Positions 27,001 to 42,000 of a stretch of 64,000 nucleotides of DNA are shown here, piece by piece (position 1 is the stretch's first letter; every line of letters starts with the position of its first letter). The stretch is from NCBI GenBank assembly GCA_964016885.1, contig OZ024741.1, positions 21,204,001 through 21,268,000 of the forward strand. Reading direction: 5' to 3'. The DNA is from Eledone cirrhosa (lineage: Eukaryota). The position numbers and the translations under genes are program-made. The notes beneath the pieces were generated by a model. That model worked only from the letters and a program-made list of their open reading frames with translations, was not told where the DNA came from and did no database searches.

Positions 27001-30000
27001 GAGAAGATGAGATGGAAGGAACTTTGGTTGGTCATGGGAGCCAGTCAGAATATGAGAAGATGAGATGGAAGGAACTTTGGTTGGTCATGGGAGCTAATCA
27101 GAATGTGAGAAGATGAGATGGAAGGAACTTTGGTTGGTCATGGGAGCCAGTCAGAATGTGAGAAGATGAGATGGAAGGAACTTTGGTTGGTCATGGGAGC
27201 CAGTCAGAATGTGAGAAGATGAGATGGAAGGAACTTTGGTTGGTCATGGGAGCCAGTCAGAATGTGAGAAGATGAGATGGAAGGAACTTTGGTTGGTCAT
27301 GGGAGCTAATCAGAATGTGAGAAGATGAGATGGAAGGAACTTTGATTGGTCATGGGAGCCAGTCAGAATGTGAGAAGATGAGATGGAAGGAACTTTGGTT
27401 GGTCATGGGAGCTAATCAGAATGTGAGAAGATGAGATGGAAGGAACTTTGGTTGGTCATGGGAGCCAGTCAGAATGTGTGAAGATGAGAGGGAAGGAACT
27501 TTGGTTGGTCATGGGAGCCAGTCAGAATGTGAGAAGATGAGATGGAAGGAACTTTGGTTGGTCATGGGAGCCAGTCAGAATGTGAGAAGATGAGATGGAA
27601 GGAACTTTGGTTGGTCATGGGAGCCAGTCAGAATGTGAGAAGATGAGATGGAAGGAACTTTGGTTGGTCATGGGAGCTAATCAGAATGTGAGAAGATGAG
27701 ATGGAAGGAACTTTGGGTGGTCATGGGAGCCAGTCAGAATGTGAGAAGATGAGATGGAAGGAACTTTGGTTGGTCATGGGAGCCAGTCAGAATGTGAGAA
27801 GATGAGATGGAAGGAACTTTGGTTGGTCATGGGAGCCAGTCAGAATATGAGAAGATGAGATGGAAGGAACTTTGGTTGGTCATGGGAGCTAATCAGAATG
27901 TGAGAAGATGAGATGGAAGGAACTTTGGTTGGTCATGGGAGCCAGTCAGAATGTGAGAAGATGAGATGGAAGGAACTTTGGTTGGTCATGGGAGCCAGTC
28001 AGAATGTGAGAAGATGAGATGGAAGGAACTTTGGTTGGTCATGGGAGCTAATCAGAATGTGAGAAGATGAGATGGAAGGAACTTTGGTTGGTCATGGGAG
28101 CCAGTCAGAATGTGAGAAGATGAGATGGAAGGAACTTTGGTTGGTCATGGGAGCCAGTCAGAATGTGTGAAGATGAGAGGGAAGGAACTTTGGTTGGTCA
28201 TGGGAGCCAGTCAGAATGTGAGAAGTTGAGATGGAAGGAACTTTGGTTGGTCATGGGAGCCAGTCAGAATGTGAGAAGTTGAGATGGAAGGAACTTTGGT
28301 TGGTCATGGGAGCCAGTCAGAATGTGGGAAGATGAGATGGAAGGAACTTTGGTTGGTCATGGGAGCTAATCAGAATGTGGGAAGATGAGATGGAAGGAAC
28401 TTTGGTTGGTCATGGGAGCCAGTCAGAATGTGAGAAGTTGAGATGGAAGGAACTTTGGTTGGTCATGGGAGCTAATCAGAATGTGAGAAGTTGAGATGGA
28501 AGGAACTTTGGTTGGTCATGGGAGCTAATCAGAATGTGGAAAGATGAGATGGAAGGAACTTTGGTTGGTCATGGGAGCCAGTCAGAATGTGAGAAGATGA
28601 GATGGAAGGAACTTTGGTTGGTCATGGGAGCCAGTCAGAATGTGAGAAGATGAGATGGAAGGAACTTTGGTTGGTCATGGGAGCCAGTCAGAATGTGAGA
28701 AGTTGAGATGGAAGGAACTTTGGTTGGTCATGGGAGCCAGACAGAATCTAAGAAGATGAGATGGAAGGAACTTTTGTTGGTCATGGGAGCCAGTCAGAAT
28801 CTGAGAAGATGAGATGGAAGGAACTTTTGTTGGTCATGGGAGCCAGTCAGAATGTGAGAAGTTGAGATGGAAGGAACTTTGGTTGGTCATGGGAGCCAGT
28901 CAGAATCTGAGAAGATGAGATGGAAGGAACTTTGGTTGGTCATGGGAGCCAGTCAGAATGTGAGAAGATGAGATGGAAGGAACTTTGGTTGGTCATGGGA
29001 GCTAATCAGAATGTGAGAAGATGAGATGGAAGGAACTTTGGTTGGTCATGGGAGCCAGTCAGAATGTGAGAAGATGAGATGGAAGGAACTTTGGTTGGTC
29101 ATGGGAGCTAATCAGAATGTGGGAAGATGAGATGGAAGGAACTTTGGTTGGTCATGGGAGCCAGTCAGAATGTGAGAAGTTGAGATGGAAGGAACTTTGG
29201 TTGGTCATGGGAGCTAATCAGAATGTGAGAAGATGAGATGGAAGGAACTTTGGTTGGTCATGGGAGCCAGTCAGAATGTGAGAAGATGAGATGGAAGGAA
29301 CTTTGGTTGGTCATGGGAGCCAGTCAGAATGTGAGAAGTTGAGATGGAAGGAACTTTGGTTGGTCATGGGAGCCAGTCAGAATCTAAGAAGATGAGATGG
29401 AAGGAACTTTTGTTGGTCATGGGAGCCAGTCAGAATCTGAGAAGATGAGATGGAAGGAACTTTTGTTGGTCATGGTAGCCAGTCAGAATGTGAGAAGTTG
29501 AGATGGAAGGAACTTTGGTTGGTCATGGGAGCCAGTCAGAATCTGAGAAGATGAGATGGAAGGAACTTTGGTTGGTCATGGGAGCCAGTCAGAATGTGAG
29601 AAGATGAGATGGAAGGAACTTTGGTTGGTCATGGGAGCTAATCAGAATGTGAGAAGATGAGATGGAAGGAACTTTGGTTGGTCATGGGAGCCAGTCAGAA
29701 TGTGAGAAGTTGAGATGGTAGGAACTTTGGTTGGTCATGGGAGCTAATCAGAATGTGAGAAGATGAGATGGAAGGAACTTTGGTTGGTCATGGGAGCTAA
29801 TCAGAATGTGAGAAGATGAGATGGAAGGAACTTTGGTTGGTCATGGGAGCTAATCAGAATGTGGGAAGATGAGATGGAAGGAACTTTGGTTGGTTATGGG
29901 AGCCAGTCAGAATGTGAGAAGATGAGATGGAAGGAACTTTGGTTGGTCATGGGAGCTAATGAGAATGTGAGAAGATGAGATGGAAGAAACTTTGGTTGGT

Positions 30001-33000
30001 CATGGGAGCCAGTCAGAATGTGAGAAGATGAGATGGAAGGAACTTTGGTTGGTCATGGGAGCTAATCAGAATGTGAGAAGATGAGATGGAAGGAACTTTG
30101 GTTGGTAATGGGAGCCAGTCAGAATGTGAGAAGTTGAGATGGAAGGAACTTTGGTTGGTCATGGGAGCTAATCAGAATGTGAGAAGATGAGATGGAAGGA
30201 ACTTTGGTTGGTCATGGGAGCCAGTCAGAATGTGAGAAGTTGAGATGGAAGGAACTTTGGTTGGTCATGGGAGATAATCAGAATATGGGAAGATGAGATG
30301 GAAGGAACTTTGGTTGGTTATGGGAGCTAATCAGAATGTGAGAAGATGAGATGGAAGGAACTTTGGTTGGTCATGGGAGCTAATCAGAATGTGAGAAGAT
30401 GAGATGGAAGGAACTTTGGTTGGTTATGGGAGCTAATCAGAATGTGAGAAGATGAGATGGAAGGAACTTTGGTTGGTCATGGGAGCTAATCAGAATGTGA
30501 GAAGATGAGATGGAAGGAACTTTGGTTGGTCATGGGAGCCAGTCAGAATGTGAGAAGTTGAGATGGAAGGAACTTTGGTTGGTCATGGGAGCTAATCAGA
30601 ATGTGAGAAGTTGAGATGGAAGGAACTTTGGTTGGTCATGGGAGCTAATCAGAATGTGAGAAGATGAGATGGAAGGAACTTTGGTTGGTTATGGGAGCTA
30701 ATCAGAATGTGAGAAGATGAGATGGAAGGAACTTTGGTTGGTCATGGGAGCTAATCAGAATGTGAGAAGATGAGATGGAAGGAACTTTGGTTGGTCATGG
30801 GAGCCAGTCAGAATGTGTGAAGATGAGAGGGAAGGAACTTTGGTTGGTCATGGGAGCCAGTCAGAATGTGAGAAGTTGAGATGGAAGGAACTTTGGTTGG
30901 TCATGGGAGCCAGTCAGAATGTGGGAAGATGAGATGGAAGGAACTTTGGTTGGTCATGGGAGCTAATCAGAATGTGGGAAGATGAGATGGAAGGAACTTT
31001 GGTTGGTCATGGGAGCCAGTCAGAATGTGAGAAGTTGAGATGGAAGGAACTTTGGTTGGTCATGGGAGCTAATCAGAATGTGGAAAGATGAGATGGAAGG
31101 AACTTTGGTTGGTCATGGGAGCCAGTCAGAATGTGAGAAGATGAGATGGAAGGAACTTTGGTTGGTCATGGGAGCCAGTCAGAATGTGAGAAGATGAGAT
31201 GGAAGGAACTTTGGTTGGTCATGGGAGCCAGTCAGAATGTGAGAAGTTGAGATGGAAGGAACTTTGGTTGGTCATGGGAGCTAATCAGAATGTGAGAAGA
31301 TGAGATGGAAGGAACTTTGGTTGGTCATGGGAGCCAGTCAGAATGTGTGAAGATGAGAGGGAAGGAACTTTGGTTGGTCATGGGAGCCAGTCAGAATGTG
31401 AGAAGTTGAGATGGAAGGAACTTTGGTTGGTCATGGGAGCCAGTCAGAATGTGAGAAGTTGAGATGGAAGGAACTTTGGTTGGTCATGGGAGCCAGTCAG
31501 AATGTGGGAAGATGAGATGGAAGGAACTTTGGTTGGTCATGGGAGCTAATCAGAATGTGGGAAGATGAGATGGAAGGAACTTTGGTTGGTCATGGGAGCC
31601 AGTCAGAATGTGAGAAGTTGAGATGGAAGGAACTTTGGTTGGTCATGGGAGCTAATCAGAATGTGAGAAGTTGAGATGGAAGGAACTTTGGTTGGTCATG
31701 GGAGCTAATCAGAATGTGGAAAGATGAGATGGAAGGAACTTTGGTTGGTCATGGGAGCCAGTCAGAATGTGAGAAGATGAGATGGAAGGAACTTTGGTTG
31801 GTCATGGGAGCCAGTCAGAATGTGAGAAGATGAGATGGAAGGAACTTTGGTTGGTCATGGGAGCCAGTCAGAATGTGAGAAGTTGAGATGGAAGGAACTT
31901 TGGTTGGTCATGGGAGCCAGACAGAATCTAAGAAGATGAGATGGAAGGAACTTTTGTTGGTCATGGGAGCCAGTCAGAATCTGAGAAGATGAGATGGAAG
32001 GAACTTTTGTTGGTCATGGGAGCCAGTCAGAATGTGAGAAGTTGAGATGGAAGGAACTTTGGTTGGTCATGGGAGCCAGTCAGAATCTGAGAAGATGAGA
32101 TGGAAGGAACTTTGGTTGGTCATGGGAGCCAGTCAGAATGTGAGAAGATGAGATGGAAGGAACTTTGGTTGGTCATGGGAGCTAATCAGAATGTGAGAAG
32201 ATGAGATGGAAGGAACTTTGGTTGGTCATGGGAGCCAGTCAGAATGTGAGAAGATGAGATGGAAGGAACTTTGGTTGGTCATGGGAGCTAATCAGAATGT
32301 GGGAAGATGAGATGGAAGGAACTTTGGTTGGTCATGGGAGCCAGTCAGAATGTGAGAAGTTGAGATGGAAGGAACTTTGGTTGGTCATGGGAGCTAATCA
32401 GAATGTGAGAAGATGAGATGGAAGGAACTTTGGTTGGTCATGGGAGCCAGTCAGAATGTGAGAAGATGAGATGGAAGGAACTTTGGTTGGTCATGGGAGC
32501 CAGTCAGAATGTGAGAAGTTGAGATGGAAGGAACTTTGGTTGGTCATGGGAGCCAGTCAGAATCTAAGAAGATGAGATGGAAGGAACTTTTGTTGGTCAT
32601 GGGAGCCAGTCAGAATCTGAGAAGATGAGATGGAAGGAACTTTTGTTGGTCATGGTAGCCAGTCAGAATGTGAGAAGTTGAGATGGAAGGAACTTTGGTT
32701 GGTCATGGGAGCCAGTCAGAATCTGAGAAGATGAGATGGAAGGAACTTTGGTTGGTCATGGGAGCCAGTCAGAATGTGAGAAGATGAGATGGAAGGAACT
32801 TTGGTTGGTCATGGGAGCTAATCAGAATGTGAGAAGATGAGATGGAAGGAACTTTGGTTGGTCATGGGAGCCAGTCAGAATGTGAGAAGTTGAGATGGTA
32901 GGAACTTTGGTTGGTCATGGGAGCTAATCAGAATGTGAGAAGATGAGATGGAAGGAACTTTGGTTGGTCATGGGAGCTAATCAGAATGTGAGAAGATGAG

Positions 33001-35600
33001 ATGGAAGGAACTTTGGTTGGTCATGGGAGCTAATCAGAATGTGGGAAGATGAGATGGAAGGAACTTTGGTTGGTTATGGGAGCCAGTCAGAATGTGAGAA
33101 GATGAGATGGAAGGAACTTTGGTTGGTCATGGGAGCTAATGAGAATGTGAGAAGATGAGATGGAAGAAACTTTGGTTGGTCATGGGAGCCAGTCAGAATG
33201 TGAGAAGATGAGATGGAAGGAACTTTGGTTGGTCATGGGAGCTAATCAGAATGTGAGAAGATGAGATGGAAGGAACTTTGGTTGGTAATGGGAGCCAGTC
33301 AGAATGTGAGAAGTTGAGATGGAAGGAACTTTGGTTGGTCATGGGAGCTAATCAGAATGTGAGAAGATGAGATGGAAGGAACTTTGGTTGGTCATGGGAG
33401 CCAGTCAGAATGTGAGAAGTTGAGATGGAAGGAACTTTGGTTGGTCATGGGAGCTAATCAGAATATGGGAAGATGAGATGGAAGGAACTTTGGTTGGTTA
33501 TGGGAGCTAATCAGAATGTGAGAAGATGAGATGGAAGGAACTTTGGTTGGTCATGGGAGCTAATCAGAATGTGAGAAGATGAGATGGAAGGAACTTTGGT
33601 TGGTTATGGGAGCTAATCAGAATGTGAGAAGATGAGATGGAAGGACTTTGGTTGGTCATGGGAGCTAATCAGAATGTGAGAAGATGAGATGGAAGGAACT
33701 TTGGTTGGTCATGGGAGCCAGTCAGAATGTGAGAAGTTGAGATGGAAGGAACTTTGGTTGGTCATGGGAGCTAATCAGAATGTGAGAAGTTGAGATGGAA
33801 GGAACTTTGGTTGGTCATGGGAGCTAATCAGAATGTGAGAAGATGAGATGGAAGGAACTTTGGTTGGTTATGGGAGCTAATCAGAATGTGAGAAGATGAG
33901 ATGGAAGGAACTTTGGTTGGTCATGGGAGCTAATCAGAATGTGAGAAGATGAGATGGAAGGAACTTTGGTTGGTCATGGGAGCCAGTCAGAATGTGAGAA
34001 GTTGAGATGGAAGGAACTTTGGTTGGTCATGGGAGCTAATCAGAATGTGAGAAGATGAGATGGAAGGAACTTTGGTTGGTCATGGGAGCCAGTCAGAATG
34101 TGAGAAGTTGAGATGGAAGGAACTTTGGTTGGTCATGGGAGCTAATCAGAATGTGAGAAGATGAGATGGAAGGAACTTTGGTTGGTCATGGGAGCCAGTC
34201 AGAATGTGTGAAGATGAGAGGGAAGGAACTTTGGTTGGTCATGGGAGCCAGTCAGAATGTGAGAAGTTGAGATGGAAGGAACTTTGGTTGGTCATGGGAG
34301 CCAGTCAGAATGTGGGAAGATGAGATGGAAGGAACTTTGGTTGGTCATGGGAGCTAATCAGAATGTGGGAAGATGAGATGGAAGGAACTTTGGTTGGTCA
34401 TGGGAGCCAGTCAGAATGTGAGAAGTTGAGATGGAAGGAACTTTGGTTGGTCATGGGAGCTAATCAGAATGTGGAAAGATGAGATGGAAGGAACTTTGGT
34501 TGGTCATGGGAGCCAGTCAGAATGTGAGAAGATGAGATGGAAGGAACTTTGGTTGGTCATGGGAGCCAGTCAGAATGTGAGAAGATGAGATGGAAGGAAC
34601 TTTGGTTGGTCATGGGAGCCAGTCAGAATGTGAGAAGTTGAGATGGAAGGAACTTTGGTTGGTCATGGGAGCTAATCAGAATGTGAGAAGATGAGATGGA
34701 AGGAACTTTGGTTGGTCATGGGAGCCAGTCAGAATGTGTGAAGATGAGAGGGAAGGAACTTTGGTTGGTCATGGGAGCCAGTCAGAATGTGAGAAGTTGA
34801 GATGGAAGGAACTTTGGTTGGTCATGGGAGCCAGTCAGAATGTGAGAAGTTGAGATGGAAGGAACTTTGGTTGGTCATGGGAGCCAGTCAGAATGTGGGA
34901 AGATGAGATGGAAGGAACTTTGGTTGGTCATGGGAGCTAATCAGAATGTGGGAAGATGAGATGGAAGGAACTTTGGTTGGTCATGGGAGCCAGTCAGAAT
35001 GTGAGAAGTTGAGATGGAAGGAACTTTGGTTGGTCATGGGAGCTAATCAGAATGTGAGAAGTTGAGATGGAAGGAACTTTGGTTGGTCATGGGAGCTAAT
35101 CAGAATGTGGAAAGATGAGATGGAAGGAACTTTGGTTGGTCATGGGAGCCAGTCAGAATGTGAGAAGATGAGATGGAAGGAACTTTGGTTGGTCATGGGA
35201 GCCAGTCAGAATGTGAGAAGATGAGATGGAAGGAACTTTGGTTGGTCATGGGAGCCAGTCAGAATGTGAGAAGTTGAGATGGAAGGAACTTTGGTTGGTC
35301 ATGGGAGCCAGACAGAATCTAAGATGATGAGATGGAAGGAACTTTTGTTGGTCATGGGAGCCAGTCAGAATCTGAGAAGATGAGATGGAAGGAACTTTTG
35401 TTGGTCATGGGAGCCAGTCAGAATGTGAGAAGTTGAGATGGAAGGAACTTTGGTTGGTCATGGGAGCCAGTCAGAATCTGAGAAGATGAGATGGAAGGAA
35501 CTTTGGTTGGTCATGGGAGCCAGTCAGAATGTGAGAAGATGAGATGGAAGGAACTTTGGTTGGTCATGGGAGCTAATCAGAATGTGAGAAGATGAGATGG
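24100..35600. repeat. Imperfect ~60/61-monomer (3180/3233-bp) higher-order repeats
   Basis: GGTAGGAA at 26486/29719/32899 (offsets 3233, 3180). CATGGTAGCC 29471/32651, CTAATGAGAA ~29960/33140 and GGTAATGG ~30105/33285 all pair at 3180. Confidence 0.85.
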
Positions 35601-38600
35601 AAGGAACTTTGATTGGTCATGGGAGCCAGTCAGAATGTGAGAAGATGAGATGGAAGGAACTTTGGTTGGTCATGGGAGCTAATCAGAATGTGAGAAGATG
35701 AGATGGAAGGAACTTTGGTTGGTCATGGGAGCCAGTCAGAATGTGTGAAGATGAGATGGAAGGAACTTTGGTTGGTCATGGGAGCCAGTCAGAATGTGAG
35801 AAGATGAGATGGAAGGAACTTTGGTTGGTCATGGGAGCCAGTCAGAATGTGAGAAGATGAGATGGAAGGAACTTTGGTTGGTCATGGGAGCTAATCAGAA
35901 TGTGAGAAGATGAGATGGAAGGAACTTTGGGTGGTCATGGGAGCCAGTCAGAATGTGAGAAGATGAGATGGAAGGAACTTTGGTTGGTCATGGGAGCCAG
36001 TCAGAATGTGAGAAGATGAGATGGAAGGAACTTTGGTTGGTCATGGGAGCCAGTCAGAATATGAGAAGATGAGATGGAAGGAACTTTGGTTGGTCATGGG
36101 AGCTAATCAGAATGTGAGAAGATGAGATGGAAGGAACTTTGGTTGGTCATGGGAGCCAGTCAGAATGTGAGAAGATGAGATGGAAGGAACTTTGGTTGGT
36201 CATGGGAGCCAGTCAGAATGTGAGAAGATGAGATGGAAGGAACTTTGGTTGGTCATGGGAGCTAATCAGAATGTGAGAAGATGAGATGGAAGGAACTTTG
36301 GTTGGTCATGGGAGCCAGTCAGAATGTGAGAAGATGAGATGGAAGGAACTTTGGTTGGTCATGGGAGCCAGTCAGAATGTGAGAAGATGAGATGGAAGGA
36401 ACTTTGGTTGGTCATGGGAGCTAATCAGAATGTGAGAAGATGAGATGGAAGGAACTTTGATTGGTCATGGGAGCCAGTCAGAATGTGAGAAGATGAGATG
36501 GAAGAACTTTGGTTGGTCATGGGAGCTAATCAGAATGTGAGAAGATGAGATGGAAGGAACTTTGGTTGGTCATGGGAGCCAGTCAGAATGTGTGAAGATG
36601 AGAGGGAAGGAACTTTGGTTGGTCATGGGAGCCAGTCAGAATGTGAGAAGTTGAGATGGAAGGAACTTTGGTTGGTCATGGGAGCCAGTCAGAATGTGAG
36701 AAGTTGAGATGGAAGGAACTTTGGTTGGTCATGGGAGCCAGTCAGAATGTGGGAAGATGAGATGGAAGGAACTTTGGTTGGTCATGGGAGCTAATCAGAA
36801 TGTGGGAAGATGAGATGGAAGGAACTTTGGTTGGTCATGGGAGCTAATCAGAATGTGGAAAGATGAGATGGAAGGAACTTTGGTTGGTCATGGGAGCCAG
36901 TCAGAATGTGAGAAGATGAGATGGAAGGAACTTTGGTTGGTCATGGGAGCCAGTCAGAATGTGAGAAGTTGAGATGGAAGGAACTTTGGTTGGTCATGGG
37001 AGCCAGACAGAATCTAAGAAGATGAGATGGAAGGAACTTTTGTTGGTCATGGGAGCCAGTCAGAATCTGAGAAGATGAGATGGAAGGAACTTTTGTTGGT
37101 CATGGGAGCCAGTCAGAATGTGAGAAGTTGAGATGGAAGGAACTTTGGTTGGTCATGGGAGCCAGTCAGAATCTGAGAAGATGAGATGGAAGGAACTTTG
37201 GTTGGTCATGGGAGCCAGTCAGAATGTGAGAAGATGAGATGGAAGGAACTTTGGTTGGTCATGGGAGCTAATCAGAATGTGAGAAGATGAGATGGAAGGA
37301 ACTTTGATTGGTCATGGGAGCCAGTCAGAATGTGAGAAGATGAGATGGAAGGAACTTTGGTTGGTCATGGGAGCTAATCAGAATGTGAGAAGATGAGATG
37401 GAAGGAACTTTGGTTGGTCATGGGAGCCAGTCAGAATGTGTGAAGATGAGATGGAAGGAACTTTGGTTGGTCATGGGAGCCAGTCAGAATGTGAGAAGAT
37501 GAGATGGAAGGAACTTTGGTTGGTCATGGGAGCCAGTCAGAATGTGAGAAGATGAGATGGAAGGAACTTTGGTTGGTCATGGGAGCCAGTCAGAATGTGA
37601 GAAGATGAGATGGAAGGAACTTTGGTTGGTCATGGGAGCTAATCAGAATGTGAGAAGATGAGATGGAAGGAACTTTGGGTGGTCATGGGAGCCAGTCAGA
37701 ATGTGAGAAGATGAGATGGAAGGAACTTTGGTTGGTCATGGGAGCCAGTCAGAATGTGAGAAGATGAGATGGAAGGAACTTTGGTTGGTCATGGGAGCCA
37801 GTCAGAATATGAGAAGATGAGATGGAAGGAACTTTGGTTGGTCATGGGAGCTAATCAGAATGTGAGAAGATGAGATGGAAGGAACTTTGGTTGGTCATGG
37901 GAGCCAGTCAGAATGTGAGAAGATGAGATGGAAGGAACTTTGGTTGGTCATGGGAGCCAGTCAGAATGTGAGAAGATGAGATGGAAGGAACTTTGGTTGG
38001 TCATGGGAGCTAATCAGAATGTGAGAAGATGAGATGGAAGGAACTTTGGTTGGTCATGGGAGCCAGTCAGAATGTGAGAAGATGAGATGGAAGGAACTTT
38101 GGTTGGTCATGGGAGCCAGTCAGAATGTGAGAAGATGAGATGGAAGGAACTTTGGTTGGTCATGGGAGCTAATCAGAATGTGAGAAGATGAGATGGAAGG
38201 AACTTTGATTGGTCATGGGAGCCAGTCAGAATGTGAGAAGATGAGATGGAAGAACTTTGGTTGGTCATGGGAGCTAATCAGAATGTGAGAAGATGAGATG
38301 GAAGGAACTTTGGTTGGTCATGGGAGCCAGTCAGAATGTGTGAAGATGAGAGGGAAGGAACTTTGGTTGGTCATGGGAGCCAGTCAGAATGTGAGAAGTT
38401 GAGATGGAAGGAACTTTGGTTGGTCATGGGAGCCAGTCAGAATGTGAGAAGTTGAGATGGAAGGAACTTTGGTTGGTCATGGGAGCCAGTCAGAATGTGG
38501 GAAGATGAGATGGAAGGAACTTTGGTTGGTCATGGGAGCTAATCAGAATGTGGGAAGATGAGATGGAAGGAACTTTGGTTGGTCATGGGAGCTAATCAGA

Positions 38601-39050
38601 ATGTGGAAAGATGAGATGGAAGGAACTTTGGTTGGTCATGGGAGCCAGTCAGAATGTGAGAAGATGAGATGGAAGGAACTTTGGTTGGTCATGGGAGCCA
38701 GTCAGAATGTGAGAAGTTGAGATGGAAGGAACTTTGGTTGGTCATGGGAGCCAGACAGAATCTAAGAAGATGAGATGGAAGGAACTTTTGTTGGTCATGG
38801 GAGCCAGTCAGAATCTGAGAAGATGAGATGGAAGGAACTTTTGTTGGTCATGGGAGCCAGTCAGAATGTGAGAAGTTGAGATGGAAGGAACTTTGGTTGG
38901 TCATGGGAGCCAGTCAGAATCTGAGAAGATGAGATGGAAGGAACTTTGGTTGGTCATGGGAGCCAGTCAGAATGTGAGAAGATGAGATGGAAGGAACTTT
39001 GGTTGGTCATGGGAGCTAATCAGAATGTGAGAAGATGAGATGGAAGGAAC
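35250..39050. repeat. 32/33-monomer (~1.7-kb) tandem duplication
   Basis: GACAGAATCTAAG at 35311/37006 (1695 = 32x53-1); delta-G monomers at 36503/38251 (1748 = 33x53-1). Confidence 0.82.
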
Positions 39051-42000
39051 TTTGGTTGGTCATGGGAGCCAGTCAGAATGTGAGAAGATGAGATGGAAGG
39101 AACTTTGGTTGGTCATGGGAGCTAATCAGAATGTGGGAAGATGAGATGGAAGGAACTTTGGTTGGTCATGGGAGCCAGTCAGAATGTGAGAAGTTGAGAT
39201 GGAAGGAACTTTGGTTGGTCATGGGAGCTAATCAGAATGTGAGAAGATGAGATGGAAGGAACTTTGGTTGGTCATGGGAGCCAGTCAGAATGTGAGAAGA
39301 TGAGATGGAAGGAACTTTGGTTGGTCATGGGAGCCAGTCAGAATGTGAGAAGTTGAGATGGAAGGAACTTTGGTTGGTCATGGGAGCCAGTCAGAATCTA
39401 AGAAGATGAGATGGAAGGAACTTTTGTTGGTCATGGGAGCCAGTCAGAATCTGAGAAGATGAGATGGAAGGAACTTTTGTTGGTCATGGGAGCCAGTCAG
39501 AATGTGAGAAGTTGAGATGGAAGGAACTTTGGTTGGTCATGGGAGCCAGTCAGAATCTGAGAAGATGAGATGGAAGGAACTTTGGTTGGTCATGGGAGCC
39601 AGTCAGAATGTGAGAAGATGAGATGGAAGGAACTTTGGTTGGTCATGGGAGCTAATCAGAATGTGAGAAGATGAGATGGAAGGAACTTTGGTTGGTCATG
39701 GGAGCTAATCAGAATGTGAGAAGTTGAGATGGAAGGAACTTTGGTTGGTCATGGGAGCTAATCAGAATGTGAGAAGATGAGAAGGAAGGAACTTTGGTTG
39801 GTCATGGGAGCTAATCAGAATGTGGGAAGATGAGATGGAAGGAACTTTGGTTGATCATGGGAGCTAATCAGAATGTGAGAAGTTGAGATGGAAGGAACTT
39901 TTGTTGGTCATGGGAGCCAGTCAGAATGTGAGAAGATGAGATTGAAGGAACTTTGGTTGGTCATGGGAGCCAGTCAGAATGTGGGAAGATGAGATGGAAG
40001 GAACTTTGGTTGGTCATGGGAGCCAGTCAGAATGTGAGAAGTTGAGATGGAAGGAACTTTGGTTGGTCATGGGAGCTAATCAGAATGTGGAAAGATGAGA
40101 TGGAAGGAACTTTGGTTGGTCATGGGAGCCAGTCAGAATGTGAGAAGATGAGATGGAAGGAACTTTGGTTGGTCATGGGAGCCAGTCAGAATGTGAGAAG
40201 ATGAGATGGAAGGAACTTTGGTTGGTCATGGGAGCCAGTCAGAATGTGAGAAGTTGAGATGGAAGGAACTTTGGTTGGTCATGGGAGCTAATCAGAATGT
40301 GAGAAGATGAGATGGAAGGAACTTTGGTTGGTCATGGGAGCCAGTCAGAATGTGTGAAGATGAGAGGGAAGGAACTTTGGTTGGTCATGGGAGCCAGTCA
40401 GAATGTGAGAAGTTGAGATGGAAGGAACTTTGGTTGGTCATGGGAGCCAGTCAGAATGTGAGAAGTTGAGATGGAAGGAACTTTGGTTGGTCATGGGAGC
40501 CAGTCAGAATGTGGGAAAATGAGATGGAAGGAACTTTGGTTGGTCATGGGAGCTAATCAGAATGTGGGAAGATGAGATGGAAGGAACTTTGGTTGGTCAT
40601 GGGAGCCAGTCAGAATGTGAGAAGTTGAGATGGAAGGAACTTTGGTTGGTCATGGGAGCTAATCAGAATGTGAGAAGTTGAGATGGAAGGAACTTTGGTT
40701 GGTCATGGGAGCTAATCAGAATGTGGAAAGATGAGATGGAAGGAACTTTGGTTGGTCATGGGAGCCAGTCAGAATGTGAGAAGATGAGATGGAAGGAACT
40801 TTGGTTGGTCATGGGAGCCAGTCAGAATGTGAGAAGATGAGATGGAAGGAACTTTGGTTGGTCATGGGAGCCAGTCAGAATGTGAGAAGTTGAGATGGAA
40901 GGAACTTTGGTTGGTCATGGGAGCCAGACAGAATCTAAGATGATGAGATGGAAGGAACTTTTGTTGGTCATGGGAGCCAGTCAGAATCTGAGAAGATGAG
41001 ATGGAAGGAACTTTTGTTGGTCATGGGAGCCAGTCAGAATGTGAGAAGTTGAGATGGAAGGAACTTTGGTTGGTCATGGGAGCCAGTCAGAATCTGAGAA
41101 GATGAGATGGAAGGAACTTTGGTTGGTCATGGGAGCCAGTCAGAATGTGAGAAGATGAGATGGAAGGAACTTTGGTTGGTCATGGGAGCTAATCAGAATG
41201 TGAGAAGATGAGATGGAAGGAACTTTGATTGGTCATGGGAGCCAGTCAGAATGTGAGAAGATGAGATGGAAGGAACTTTGGTTGGTCATGGGAGCTAATC
41301 AGAATGTGAGAAGATGAGATGGAAGGAACTTTGGTTGGTCATGGGAGCCAGTCAGAATCTGAGAAGATGAGATGGAAGGAACTTTGGTTGGTCATGGGAG
41401 CCAGTCAGAATGTGAGAAGTTGAGATGGAAGGAACTTTGGTTGGTCATGGGAGCCAGACAGAATCTAAGAAGATGAGATGGAAGGAACTTTGGTTGGTCA
41501 TGGGAGCCAGTCAGAATGTGAGAAGATGAGATGGAAGGAACTTTGGTTGGTCATGGGAGCTAATCAGAATGTGAGAAGATGAGATGGAAGGAACTTTGGG
41601 TGGTCATGGGAGCCAGTCAGAATGTGAGAAGATGAGATGGAAGGAACTTTGGTTGGTCATGGGAGCTAATCAGAATGTGAGAAGATGAGATGGAAGGAAC
41701 TTTGGTTGGTCATGGGAGCCAGTCAGAATGTGAGAAGATGAGATGGAAGGAACTTTGGTTGGTCATGGGAGCTAATCAGAATGTGAGAAGATGAGATGGA
41801 AGGAACTTTGATTGGTCATGGGAGCCAGTCAGAATGTGAGAAGATGAGATGGAAGGAACTTTGGTTGGTCATGGGAGCTAATCAGAATGTGAGAAGATGA
41901 GATGGAAGGAACTTTGGTTGGTCATGGGAGCCAGTCAGAATGTGTGAAGATGAGATGGAAGGAACTTTGGTTGGTCATGGGAGCCAGTCAGAATGTGAGA

